64,000 nucleotides of DNA from Azolla caroliniana (GCA_043228905.1 JBHGNT010000002.1:20026001-20090000), one strand, 5' to 3'. Shown: positions 24,989 through 38,408, counted from the stretch's first letter. Translations and numbers: made by a program. Notes: generated by a model from the letters alone, not told the origin.

Positions 24989-27900
24989 ATCCGTCCTGGT
25001 ACCATAGTCTCACTAACTTCCGAAATACCAAAACCTGATTTACGACGTTTTTACTCTCCAACATAGTGCCAATTTTCTCCCAAAGCACAGGAGCTTGACT
25101 TTCTTCATTGAAGTTGTTATATACGCTCATGTCAAGAAAGCACCGGATGTACGTTGTTGTCTTCATGTGCATCACCTCCCATGTTGTGGCATCGATCTTG
25201 TTCGGTTTCTTGTCCCCGAACTATACCGGTAGCCAGAGATCTTTGACCACGAGCATGTCCCTCATCTTCGACTTCCACACTAGGTAGTTGGAGCCGGTGA
25301 GCTTGAACATGCTGCCAAATGATTCTTCTATTTCCTTTGTTCGCTCTAATACCAGTTTGTACGGAAATAACGCTTGGCCACAAGCGAGTCTTCAACAAGG
25401 AATAGAAGAGAGAACAATTTGAAACCGAGATGACACAGGATGTTTACATGTAAAACCCTAAACGAGAAAAAAACCACAGGAGCCCACAGACTCCAACTAT
25501 TACTATGAGAGGAGGAATACAAAATGAGACTCACAAGGAACGACCTCGAGCTCTATGTCTTCGCCAATGGCGGTTACAAACAGAAAATTAGTTATGTATC
25601 TCTCTCTCTCTCTCTCTCTGTATACAACAACTCTACAGCAACTCACAATAACCACATACTAAAGTAATTGCCCTAAGTCATATTTATAGCTATATGACAT
25701 TTGGGCTATTTACAAATATAGCCTCGATGGGCTCACCATGAAACATATTTACACATATGTCCTTGGATCTGGTTTGCACCGGATCCATCTGGATTCACTC
25801 GATCCGAATTTCGGGTCTTATCCGGAACCCTTCCAGATCCGGTTCTCATCCGGATCCCATCCGGAGGGACCGAATTCCCAACATATGTATAAGTATAATC
25901 AATACCAAATCATTGTATGAAACCTTGAGCAACAAACCTTGCCTTAAATAACTTCTCCTTTATCATTACTTCTGCACAAAAACCCAACGATAGCCAACAG
26001 GTGTATGGACAATAGGTATCTCTTGAATTTTACCAAAAACTCCTCATTTGAGAAGACTATTTAGCTCAACTTGAATAGCTTCTTTCCATTGATCCCAAAG
26101 AGGAGATGATTTTGCTTATTGAATAGTTTGAGTATCTGATTCTTTCACGAAAGATGTTTCTTAATTGTTTATCTTTTGCTCCAATAGGCCACCCACACTT
26201 CCTTTGAGATTCTATGACATCTGGTGGTGATTCTCCAATCGAAATTCAAGCAAGCACATTCATAGCAAGATTAATGTCGGAGACCTTCATGTTGAAAGTG
26301 TCAACAAAAGCATGTAGTGCATTGTTGGCAATACTTTGTAGATGTAATATTCGTTGAACTTCTTCTCCCCCTCTCCAATATAGGGATCCGGTGGTACTAC
26401 ATGTCCCCATGTTGAACGATAGATTCGCAATAGTGAATAAAGGTTGTTGACGTAAACTGGGCAGCGTTTTCCATCCGAATCGACTTAATTGGAAAATCTA
26501 GGAATTGTGCACGCAACTTGATGTTAAGGATGAGGAGTTGAGACAATGCCATGTTGCGAGTAGAAAGAAGTGTGACGTGAGAAAAATGCGTTGAAGCATC
26601 TTTGACTCCCATGAAGTAATCAAATGGTCCAGAAGGAGGGTGCACTGGTCCATGGATATCACCATGTATATGCTCCAAAAATTTTGGTGACTCATACGGT
26701 TCCTTGTGCAAGGAAGGATGAATCACCAACTTTCCTTGTGCGGATGGAACACAAAAACGAGTTTTAACTCGATTCAAGTATTCCAACTTTAAAGGTAGAT
26801 CATGAACATTATTGATCATTCTCCTAATCATTGTATGGCTAGGATGACCTAGTCTATCATGCCAAAGATCCATTATATTAGTATTGACCTTCGAGGAAAT
26901 ATTGGAGTAGTGGGCAAATGAAGCCATGTGGATCTTCAAGGCTTTAACGTTGAAACAATACGATTGGTTTGGTAAGACTTCTGACTCATCAATAACTTGG
27001 GTAGTATTTGACAAGTGCTTGACAACTTGCATTGTCTCTTTCCCATCTTGTTCCCATGTCATGAGATGGTATCTGTGAAAGTGATTTTAGAATTCAAGGT
27101 ATTGGACACTACAAAAATATAAGGTATGGAGCATTCACATCTGGAGGCCAAGAACACGATCTAAGGTTTGGAGGATAAGTCAAACTAAAAGCAAGAAAGA
27201 TGGAGAAAAGTAAAAGAAGAAAAAAGTGGGTCACCAAAACACAGTCTACAACGAATGATAATAACTCATTCGTTTGGAGGCAAAATATCATGTTCAAATA
27301 TGGGTTAGAAAGAAAGCTTATGACGAGAGCTATCCGTAGCTTTTTAAAGCTCTACATTTGGAGCTTGTATGAGGGAGATATGACAATTAGAAGATCATTG
27401 TGTCATAGCTAAGAATAGGAGACGGAAAACTTCTAAAAAAAGCGTAAAAAAGAAAGCAAGGGAAAGTTATCTAGTTTAGAAGACTTTTATATAAAGGAAG
27501 AAGAGTAAGGTAGTGAAAGTGGAGTCTCTTTCTTGTGATGATTTCTTTCCAATTCATGTAGTGTTGTTTGAATTCTTATCAATAGATATTTGTAATTGTA
27601 TCTTCTTTCTCTCTTCCTTCTTTCATGATCAATAGATCTTTGTAGTTTTAGATTTATATATCTTCTTTATCTTTTCTTTCTATCATCACTCTTTCATTTT
27701 GGCGCTCCAGGGAGGGCCGATCCTTTCTGTATAACGGGAGGAACGGTTGTCCACTCATTGATGCTTGGATCTACCGATTCATCATCAAACTAATGGCAAG
27801 ATATGGAGTTCGCGATGCGACAGATCTATGAAGAGAACTTTTCAAATTGCGAATGGTTTCATCAATGTGCTACCTCGAGTATGAGAAGACGTTTTTGGAT

Positions 27901-29414
27901 AGATGGTCCACTTGGATTCACTTGTTGGAGGCATTGAAGATGTATACTTCAAGATGCAAAGATTCAAAGCAGGGCTAGATCCATATTTTCAATATGAAGT
28001 GCATATGAAGTACCCAAGGTCTTTCCATGATTTGCTTCGAGTATGTCAAAGTTATGATCAAGAATTGAAGAAGTTGTTATTTGGTGAAGCATATGGAGTA
28101 TTGACGTCATATACCATAAATCCAAGCTATAATAATTGTGGATCAGTCATGAGCCAACAACCAACATACTTGCAATGTCTGATTCAACAGGTTCCCTCAT
28201 ATCATTATTCTAATTTTTGGAGTTATAATGATGTCTATGAAGGTGATTCCAGAGACAAAGAAGAAGAGGTGATGAATGTTGAGTTCCCCCATATAGTTCA
28301 TGAAGATAACCATGATATAAAGAATGATGATGTGAAAGATGAATCCAAGGAGATTGTTATGAGAAGCGATGCTATGGATGGTGATGCCAATATACATCAT
28401 GTTGAGGACATTATTGATACAACAAGCGATATGGTGGTTGATGACGAATATGTGCAAGATGAAATGGAAGATATGACAGAAAAAGTTGTTGATGGTGAAG
28501 TACCCACAAGGGAGTTGCAAGATGAAGAAGGTAACCTGGAAGTGATAGATGAAGATTGGCTTTTGGAGATCAATGCGTGTAAGGAAGCATTGGTAAGTTC
28601 CAAGTTGTAGTGTATGAAGGTGTTCATGCAAGATTTGTCTTTTGGATTTGCATTGAGTAGCAACAAAGTTATGTAGGCATCAACTCTTCAACAACAATTT
28701 GAGAAAGAGCCAAGAGTGTTATGGGCATGACCATATAATATCTCGTAGTGAGAATTTACCGTAGTATTCTATACACGTGGATAAGTGTGAGGGTTAAACA
28801 AGAGTGTAAAGAAGGGGAGGATTACTTTTAATCCTCGGGATTGAGGCAACCCATTAGGCCAAGTGTGAACTTGCATGGGGGCCTTGGGTATCGTTATAAA
28901 TAAGAGGCCTCGCTACCCTCATTTCATCATCTGGTTGACTACGTCGAGACTCTGTCTTGTGGTGGGTCAACTCTTGTAGCGAGCGCGCCAGCACCAGGTA
29001 CGACTCGACGCCACGGCGGTGGTATGGGACGCCGATCGAGGTTCGAGTCCGTCTCGATCCCTTCGCTCGGGGGTGGTCGGGTGGATCAACACCCTTCTTT
29101 CTCTCTCTCCTTTCTATCTATGTATATTCTATCCTTATCTAATGCTTACATTAGTTCATGTTTCTAACCGTTGGTATCAGAGCCTATGTTGTAATGTTTC
29201 TTTTGTTGGTTTTGTCTTCTTGATGGATGGCGATTGATCAACGTGCGGTCGACCTTGTTCCAAACAGCAATCAACAAAGGAACTTCGGTAATATTTCTTG
29301 TTTTTTTTCTATTCTTTTGTCTCCCAATTTAATCATGTGTATGGTTAATATGTAATTTATTTTTTATATATATTCAATGATGTGGAAGTGGTAATTAATT
29401 GGTTGTATAAAACG

Positions 29415-29680
29415 TTTACATATGTGTATGAGGTCAATACCTCATTTGACATATATTGAATATGTGATTAGTGTCGTATGCGCACGAGGTTAATACCTCA
29501 ATTGCGTATTACGCTCACATACATATGTTACGTATGCGTATGAGGTCAATACCTCGATTTCGTTGTAAATGATATGCGTTTGGTGTCGTATGCGTATGAG
29601 GTCAATACCTCAATTAAGTATTATGATTAAACCTTATTTTTGGATGTTTCGTGTGCGTAGAGGCTACATGCCTTGATTAC
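29415..29680 (+). repeat. Array of GAGGT-CAAT-ACCTC stem-loops with a 56-bp period in the G4 leader
   Basis: The motif occurs at 29430, 29486, 29542 and 29598, with a degenerate copy at about 29660. Confidence 0.8.
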
Positions 29681-30082
29681 GTGTCTCGATTTGATCATAT
29701 GTTGGCTATTTAATGTTGCGATTTGTTTTAATATACGCATATGCGATCACGTGTATACGAATTTGATCATATATATGTGATAAATAAACATATGTGTATA
29801 TTTGATATTACGTGATCTTTATAACGAATGTTTTCCTTTTCGGGGAAAGGATCTTGGTGGCCGTCCTCACATTTTTGTGAGAATGGCGTTGTCACCATCC
29901 CTTTTTTCAACAATTTTTTATTGTTGACATTCCCGTTGGTGACTTCGATTTTATTACGTAAAGAAATCCTATAGCCACAATGATGTTGAGAACGTAGGGC
30001 TTGACCCACTTCATGTGAGGTCGCTCCTATGACACACATATCCAACATCCCTCATATGGCCACGTAGGTCTACTACGAAAAG

Positions 30083-30402
30083 AGCGTGGGCCATGATGAA
30101 CGAGAAGCATATGCCCAAGTCATATTGGGCCGAAGCTGCACATACGGTTGTCTACCTAATGAACCGGTGCACAACATCCGGAGTGCACGAGGTCACTTTG
30201 CATGAAAAATACTTCGAAAAGAAGCCAGACTTATCGCAAACCCGGATATTCGGCGCGATAGCATACGTGCACATACCCGACGAAAAGTGACAAAAGCTAG
30301 ATCCAAAGTCGGAGAAATGTATTCTCGTAGGATACTCACTCACCTAATGAACCGGTGCACAACATCCGGAGTGCACGAGGTCACTCCGCACGAAAAATAC
30401 TT
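30083..30402 (+). mobile_element. Captured fragment of a C1-like Copia integrase inside the G4 leader
   Basis: AMMNEKHMPKSYWAEAAHTVVYLMNRCTTSGVHEVT... is highly similar to C1 at about 5205-5455. Positions 30342-30402 repeat 30153-30213. Confidence 0.85.
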
Positions 30403-31025
30403 GACCATTAGTTTGCACTTTGGCGTATACCATCATAATTATGAGACTTGAGGTTAGGTAATGTACCAACATATTTTGTAGTAAACGAGGGGGAAATAAG
30501 GACTCTTGACATATATGTTTCTTTTAAAAAAACATATATGGGCAAATGCATCGCATATCTTTTATACGCATGAAACATTAAACATTCAAGAAGAGCAACA
30601 TACTTGGTTGGCTCAAATGTTTAATGCAATTGTTCTCGAGGTCTTGGGGTCCTCGTAATAGGACTTAAAGAGCTAAAACCACATATTTGGGCACAAAAAC
30701 ATAGTTTATTGTTAACATTTTTCGTAGTTGTGTGTATAAACTACTCATGACGCGAACATACATGGTTGAGCCTCGGGGAGCCGCCATGAAAAAATTGATA
30801 TAGAGATCAGGGAAAGACATTAATTTGTCACCCCCATGGTTTTTAAAACACCTTTGTGTTACCATAGTAACCTGATCTTGAACCTCATCTCATATGTCTA
30901 GAGGGGGTATTGACGTGAGATCATGATATCGATTAATGTTTGCCCATGATATGTTTACATCACGGCATGATGTTATGACTATTTGTCTGACATTATCCTA
31001 TTTCTTTGCAAGAAATAACCAATCA

Positions 31026-34000
31026 ATGACTCAAAATAACGACCCGATGTCATCCGCTCAAGCGGAAGGAACTTTTTCGCAAATAACCTAATACCTTAGT
31101 TTCACCGCTCAACAGATGACTGAACTTCGGAAATCTCAAAGTGCTCTCGAGGCACGTGTCATTAGTTTACAACGTGAGACTAATAGGCTTGATGAGCGAC
31201 AGGGTGAACCATCGTTTGTCGTTAAGCCATTTACGGGAGAAAAAAAGGAAAGAACCGAAGAAGCAATCTACACATGGTTGGGCCGATGGGAGTCTCATTT
31301 TGAGCTCTATCCCACGCTAGATAGTATGAAGATTGCATATGTCCGCCGAGAACTAGGGGGTAAGGCCGTCGCCTAGTGGCGTGGACTCCATACTTTGGGG
31401 AAATTGCCATATACCTGGACAGATTTTGTCACAGTTTTTAAGGGCCAATTTCTACAACCTCCCTCTCGAACCGAGGCAGCAGAAGCTTTAATGAACCTCT
31501 CTAGTAGGAAGTTTTCCTCGCTAGAAGACTATGTTCACCATGCTAGAACCCAAATCCAAAAGTCGGGTCTAGAAGGGGACAATTGGTTAATAGCTTGTTT
31601 GGTCAATGGCATCCCCCATTTGGACTATCACTGGATAGTGCACGATAAGGATCCAAAATCCTTCTAAGAGGCCGTTGAAATAGTTCTTCGCTATCAACGC
31701 ACTTTGAAGAAGGACCACAACAAACCCAACGAAGCGCCCGAGACTAAGCAGTCGCAATTCGCTGGGAAACACAAGACACCCAACGAATTCATGGATCGCG
31801 ATTGAAAGTGACAACATCCTTTTTGCGTATTCTGCAAAAAGAAGGGTCATACAAAAGAGAAATGTTGAAAGCTCCAACGGAAAGAGCACGACAGCAAAGC
31901 TAAAGTTGCAGTCCATAAAGGTCAAATTCCTAATGTCCTTCAGGTCTATACACATCATTTAAGTAATTGTCAATGTTCTTTCCCTCATTATGTATTGGAA
32001 TCCAATGATTTACTACGTGCAAACAGGTATATCAATGGATCTCCCGTACAATTTTTGTTTGATTCGGGAAGCTCATACAACTTTGTGAATGATCGTTTGG
32101 TTCAAATATGGGGAATCCAACCCACCGTAAGTGATCACACCTATACGGTGCACTTGGCTGATGGAAGAGTACAATACATCAACGGGGTGATTCATTCATG
32201 AGGAATTTCTATTAACACTTATATAGAGGAAGTAGACTTCCATGTAATGAATCTTTGTACCACTGATGTAATATTGGGTTATCCCTGGTTCTATAATAAA
32301 AGCTCTTCTTTAACTATTGATTGGGTTCATCATTCAATTACATTTGTACTCAACGATTGTACTTAGTTTATTCAATGTGTAAAAAAACAATCCCTCTCGA
32401 TTGTTTCCTCTCCATCAATATCCGAGTTGTCTTGTTCTACTCTATTTTATTGTGTACTTGATCCAGACATTCACGTTTACAATATCGATAATGTCTCGGT
32501 TCAATTAACATATTTTGAACAACAACTTGATGAAATCTTAAATGATCTTCGTGATGCTTTCCGAGTGAACTACCAGATGGATTACCTCCTAAATGTAATA
32601 TAGACCATCGTATAGATATTGTACCTGGCGTTGCACAATAAGTATATCGCCTTATCGCTTAAGTCAATCCGAAGAGGAAGAGGTATCTAAGCAACTCAAG
32701 GACTATTTACAAATGGGTTATATACGTTATAGTAAATCTCCATGGGGTGCACCAGTTCTCTTAGTTAAAAAGAAAGACGGCACATGGCGTATGTGTATTA
32801 ATTACCGACGCTTGAATAAAGTGACGATCAAGAATTCGTATCCATTGCCCCGGGCTGACGATCTAATTGACCGTCTCCAGGGAGCTCAATATTTTACGAA
32901 ACTTGATCTCCGTACTGGCTACCATCAAATACGTATAAGTGAGGACGATGTTCCTAAAATGGCATTTCGTATGCGCTATGGCCATTATGAGTTTTTGGTT
33001 ATGCCTTTTGGTTTGACCAATGCTCCGACTACATTTCAACAAGAAATGAATGACATTTTCCGAGAACAACTTGGAAAATTTGTCGTTATTTTCTTGGATG
33101 ATAGTTTAGTTTATAGTCGTACATTACAAGAACATGCTAAACATGTCCGCGTTGTTTTACAAACATTGCGTGACAAACAGTTTTATGCAAAGATCTCAAA
33201 ATGTGAGTTCTTCAAGAAATCAATTACTTATCTTGGACATCTCATAACCGAACGAGGAGTTGAAATTGATCCTTCTCACATCGAGAAAATCAAACTTTGG
33301 CCCACTCTTCAGAATATTCGAGAAGTTCGATTATTCATTGGTTTTGTCAGGATTTTGCGAAAATCCCTTCGTAATTACTCCCAATTGACAACGCCGTTTA
33401 CTGATCTTCTAAAAGGTCAAATGCGTAAGTCTACAAAACCTATTGTCTGGAATGCTACACTAGACCTCGCCTTTAAGGAAATCAAGGACCCGGTGTGCAA
33501 GGCTCCTTTACTTCTTTTACCTGATCCTTCAAAACCTTTTGAGGTTGAAACCGATGCAAGCGATTATGCTATAGGTGTTGTCTTATATCAAGATGGTAAA
33601 CCAATAGCATTCAAGAGTAAGAAACTTGATTTTGCTCAATATCGGTATACCGTTCAAGAAAAGGAATTATTTGCAGTTATACATGCGCTCAAAACATGGC
33701 GCCATTATCTTTATGGAAATTGCTTTGTGGTAACTATGGACCACGAGTCCTTGAAATATTTTTGTGACCAACAAGACCTGAAAGGTCGTAAGGCACGATG
33801 GGCTGATCTCATCCAGGACTTTGATTTTTCCATACGATATCGTAAAGGTTCCATGAACACTGTCGTTGATGCACTAAGTCGCATCCGTGAAGTTAACATG
33901 CTTAGCTTCACCGAAATATCATCAGATCTATATGATCACCTTCGAGGAAAGTATCCTAATGACAGTTATTTTGTGAAATATTGGGCAAGAGTTGAGTCTG

Positions 34001-36128
34001 GAATAGACACCACCACATCCTCGAAGGAATACTTCCACATTGTTAACAATCTACTCTATCGTAATGGGAAGGTTTGTGTTCCAGATTTGCTTGAGGTCAA
34101 AAAGAGAATTCTTTTTGAATGCCATGATGCACCTTCACCAGGGCACCCTGGAATACATTGCACACTCGTTCTCATCTCCACTCAATTCTGTTGGTCTAAG
34201 ATGCGCCTTGACATACATAGTTATGTGACTAAATGTCACCAATGTCAGGTTAACAAAGCCGAGCGACTTAAAGCCGCGAGACTTTTACATCCCTTGGACA
34301 TTCCCAATAATAAGTGGGAAAGTATATCCATGGATTTTATTGTTAGCCTTCCTCGCACCCAAAAAGGTCATGATGTCATCTGGGTTGTGGTTGATAGACT
34401 AACTAAAATGGCCAGATTTATTGCTACTAAAACCACGGCAACAACTCCTGAATTGGCTTACCAATTCATTGACGAGTTATTTCGTTTTTATGGGTTACCG
34501 ATATATATTGTGAGTGATCGAGATCCAAAGTTTACTAGTGACTTCTGGACGCAAGTCTTTAAGAAATTAGAAACTACATTGAGCATGAGCTCCACGGATC
34601 ATCCTCAATCCGATGGAAAGACAGAACGAGTAAATCAAATTATTGAGGACATGCTTCGAGCATACGTTGGTGCAAAACCAACAAAATGGGAACGTTATCT
34701 CCCAATTTTGGAGTTTGCTTATAACAGCTCCAAGCATACGTCGACGGGATATAGTCCTTTTATGTTGATGTATGGTTTTCAGCCACGAGCCCCGATTGAT
34801 GTTAATATACATCATGATGAGTTGCGAAGTACGCAAAACTTTCTTCGGGATATGCAAGATATGTTGCATATTGCACGAGATAATATAAAAACAGCTCAAG
34901 ATAGAGCGCATTTTTATGCAGATCATCATAGGCAACCTCGTGTATTCAAACCTGGACAGAAGGTATTTTTACGTTGTCGTAGTGTATTTTGTACACTACG
35001 TGAAAAACGTATATAGTATTAGATTCAATAAAAAATGAAGAAATAGAAGAAAATAGCAAAATAAATGGAACATGCATAGGGCAAGATTCGAACCTTGCAC
35101 CTCCATGTTAATAATGTAATGTCTTACCATTACACTAGCATTTCATTAGTGTTAAAGCATAGATGTCCCACATAGAAAGGTAAATTCACGCTAGGATAAA
35201 CATTAGAAAAACGCATAACAAAAGAAAAAGCTACACATACACATCTAGCGTGCATGATAAAAAACGCACAAGTTAGAAAAAGCATGATCACTTTAGATAA
35301 AGCATATAGTCTATCTATAGGAAAAGCATGGGGTCTATAGTTAGAGAAAAAGCATGGATTACTAAGACTTCCTCATCACTACATAAGGATGGGAAGCACA
35401 ATGTAATTGTGTGTGTGAAATACTTGGAAACTGGATATGTTTCTAAAAAACACCAATTAATAAACTATACTCGTGGGATTCACGAGGATTCTATATCATT
35501 CTCTTTCAACCCAAATTTATATTCTTATATTCATATTGATTAATCAAATACAATACACTCGTGGGATTCACGAGTTTGCTATAACTCTTTCTTACAACAT
35601 ATTTATATTCTTATTAGCCTTAAACTCTCCTCTTCCTAGTCCAAAACCCCAGCGGTTCCCACCCGACTCACGCAACGATCTGGCGCCGAAAGGCACGACA
35701 ACGTGTACCTCACAATTCTACGACATTGTCTAAGGGTAAGTGCGCTAAGTTAGCCCCATGGTTTTGTGGACTTTTTATAGTCCTCAAACGCATTGGGTCA
35801 TCAACCTATCGTCTCGCTCTTCTCGAAGGTGTTGAAATTCATCTAGTTTTTCATGTGAGTCGTCTAAAAGAACTTCTAGGTTCTGGAGACAATATAGTTA
35901 CAACTGAAACTCTGGTTACTTCTGAAGAATTATCTTCTAAACTACATGTACCAGAAAGAATTCTCGATGTTAAAACAAAAAAATTACGTACTAAAGAAAT
36001 CCGAGAATTTAAAATAAAATGGAGGGATAAATTAATAAAAGATGCCACATGTGAACGCGAAAATACTCTCAGAACTAACTTCCCTAATTTTCCATTACAA
36101 GAGTGCAATGTTTTAAAGAGGGGGAGTA
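31026..36128 (+). pseudogene. G4 gag-pol: Gag, protease, RT, RNase H, integrase, chromodomain
   Basis: Protease is LFDSGSSYNFV. ORF 32713-34974 contains [29 protein letters not shown] and HHCC/DDE integrase motifs. After the solo LTR come a GPY/F-like segment and the chromodomain PERILDVKTKKLRTKEIREFKIKW...DATCE. Gag contains stops. Confidence 0.92.
34975..35700 (+). mobile_element. Family-T solo LTR inserted into the G4 integrase
   Basis: Termini are TGTCGTAG...GGCACGACA and the TSD is ACGT (34971-34974, 35701-35704). It is nearly identical to 648-1379. The tRNA-like module is on the minus strand at about 35074-35145. Confidence 0.95.
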
Positions 36129-36356
36129 TGTTACGAGCATGACCATATAATATCTCGTAGTGAGAATTTACCGTAGTATTCTATACACGTGGATAAGTGT
36201 GAGGGTTAAATGAGAATGTAAAGAAGGGGAGGATTACTTTTAATCCTCGAGATTGAGACAACCCATTAGGCCAAGTGTGAACTTGCATGGGGGCCTTGGG
36301 TATCGCTATAAATAAGAGGCCTCGCTACCCTCATTTCATCATATGGTTGACTACGT

Positions 36357-37102
36357 TGTTGTAGTGTAATTTGCACACTACATGAAAAACTTATAAAGTA
36401 GCGTTTTAGTAAATATGAAGAAATAGAAGAAAATGTCAAAATAAATAATACATGCATAGGGCAAGATTCAAACCTTGCACCTCCATGTTAATAATGTGAA
36501 ACCTTACCATTACACTAGCATTTCATTAGTGTTTAAAAAGTAGATGTCCCACATAAAAAGGTAAGTTCACGTAGGATAAACTTTAGTTAAAAGAAAAACG
36601 CATGCTAAAAGAAAAAGCTACACATGCACATCTAGCGTGCATGAACACTATAGTCGATAAAAACGCACAAGTTAGAAAAAGCATGATCACTTTAGATAAA
36701 ACATATAGTCTATCTATAGGAAAAGCATGGAGTCTATACTTAGAAAAAGAAAAGGCATGGATTGCTAAGACTCCCTCATCACTACATAAGGATAAGGAGC
36801 ACAATGTAAGATGTGTGTGGATTATTTGGAAATTGGATATATTTCCTAAAACACCAATTAATAAACTATACTCGTGGGATTCACGAGGATTCTATATCAT
36901 TCTCTTTCAACCCAAATTTATATTCTTATATTTATATTGATTAATCTAATATAATACACTCATGGGATTCACGAGTTTGCTATAACTCTTTCTTACAACA
37001 TATTTATATTCTTATTAGCCTTAAAACTCTCCTCTTCCTAGTCCAAAACCTCAGTGGTTCCCACCCGACTCATGCAACGATCCGGCGTCGAAAGGCACGA
37101 CA
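36357..37102 (+). mobile_element. Family-T solo LTR inserted into the G4 3' LTR
   Basis: TSD is ACGT (36353-36356, 37103-37106). The empty site, with a single ACGT, is visible in the G4 5' LTR at about 28941. Confidence 0.95.
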
Positions 37103-37874
37103 ACGTCGAGACTCTGTCTTGTGGTGGGTCAACTCTTGTAGCGAGCATGCCAGCACCAGGTACGACTCAACACCACAACGGTGGTATGGGACGCAGATCG
37201 AGGCTCGAGTCCGTCTCGATCCCTTCGCTCAGGGGTGGTCGGGTGGATCAACACCCTTCTTTCTCTCTCTCCTTTCTATCTATCTATATTCTATCCTTAT
37301 TTAAAGCTTACATTAGTTCATGTTTCTAACAAAGAGAATTACTTGTAATGCATGATTGGAGTATCATGAACTTATCACCATCAAAGGATCCACCAAAACT
37401 AATCAAATGTATAAAGGAGAAGGAATCGTCTATCGACAATGGCAAGCAAGAAGAGGAAAGCATAACAATTGATGAATCTTCATGGGATAGGGAAAACAAA
37501 TCATTCCACATGGTGTCTAAGGAGGAAGAAGAAGTCATTGAAGAGAAAAATATTATCGCCCTAAAGGGGAAAAAGAAGATGATTTCAAACGATGTCCAAG
37601 GAGAAGAGGATCTAAGGTTTATTTCTCTTCTTTTTAAGTTTCCAAAGTTATTCATAAATGACTATTCACATATAAGAGTAGAAGGCATCAAGCACCACAT
37701 CAAGTTGGAGGATTTGAAGTTTGTCTCACCTATTGTTGTGGTTCCAAAGGAGAAATACATCAACTTCCAACCCTTGAATGATTCAAGCAAACAAGATCTA
37801 TTTTTGCTTCCTTTTCGAGATGAGATTATAGATGAAATGGTCAAACATACAAAACAAGGTAGTGTGGAGAATGT

Positions 37875-38408
37875 CATGTGCCAAGAAGGAATTCACGTGG
37901 AATCAAAGATCAAAGTAATTCAAAAGGTGACAACTCCGACAAGTCTCAAAGCTTTGAAGGTGTTTGTGCAAAAGGTTCGCTCGCTCAAAAGGTTTATTCA
38001 TATGTTAACATGCTTACTTCTATCCAAAGTTATGTATCTCATGGACCTACTTGTGTTTGGAAAGTTGATGAAGACATACTAATTGTTGTAACCTCTTTCT
38101 TTGTGTTGACAAGGAGAAAGATGGTGATGGCAATTGTCAATGTGTGTGGTTGCCATCACCATCTTTCTCCTTGTCAACACAAAGAAAGAGGTTACAACAA
38201 TTAGTATGTCTTCATCAACTTTCCAAACACAAGTAGGTCCATGAGATACATAACTTTGGATAGAAGTAAGCATGTTAACATATGAATAAACCTTTTGAGT
38301 GAGCGAACCTTTTGCACAAACACCTTCAAAGCTTTGAGACTTGTCGGAGTTGTCACCTTTTGAATTACTTCGATCTTTGATTCCACGTGAATTCCTTCTT
38401 GGCACATG
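37875..38408. repeat. Near-perfect long inverted repeat (259-bp arms, 16-nt loop)
   Basis: Arms are 37875-38133 and 38150-38408, with two mismatches seen. Mirror ORFs appear in the ORF track (37878..38204 + and 38079..38405 -). Confidence 0.95.

Larger units (their letters stand above)
16522..25883 (-). mobile_element. Tnt1/Tork-like Copia C4, 3'-truncated and interrupted by C2
   Basis: The 5' LTR is at about 25358-25883 and a degenerate iMet PBS (TGGTATTAGAGC) is at 25343-25354. Gag is split at 19083/24989. Motifs include LWHKRLCHMSQKG, FWAEALMTA and RT EQLDVKTAFLHGDLEEEIYM. There are many disablements. Confidence 0.85.
28717..37331 (+). mobile_element. Chromodomain-bearing Gypsy (chromovirus) G4
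   Basis: LTRs are at 28717-29169 and 36129-37331, the latter interrupted. TSD is AAGAG (28712-28716, 37332-37336). The iMet PBS is at 29172-29184 and the PPT AAGAGGGGGAG precedes 36129. Confidence 0.93.

Noticed and set aside
29415-29680. CRISPR-like appearance (palindromic repeat with variable spacers, 56-bp period)
   Set aside because: Spacers 1 and 3 resemble each other, as do 2 and 4, which indicates a dimeric tandem repeat. It lies in a plant retrotransposon leader and there are no cas genes.
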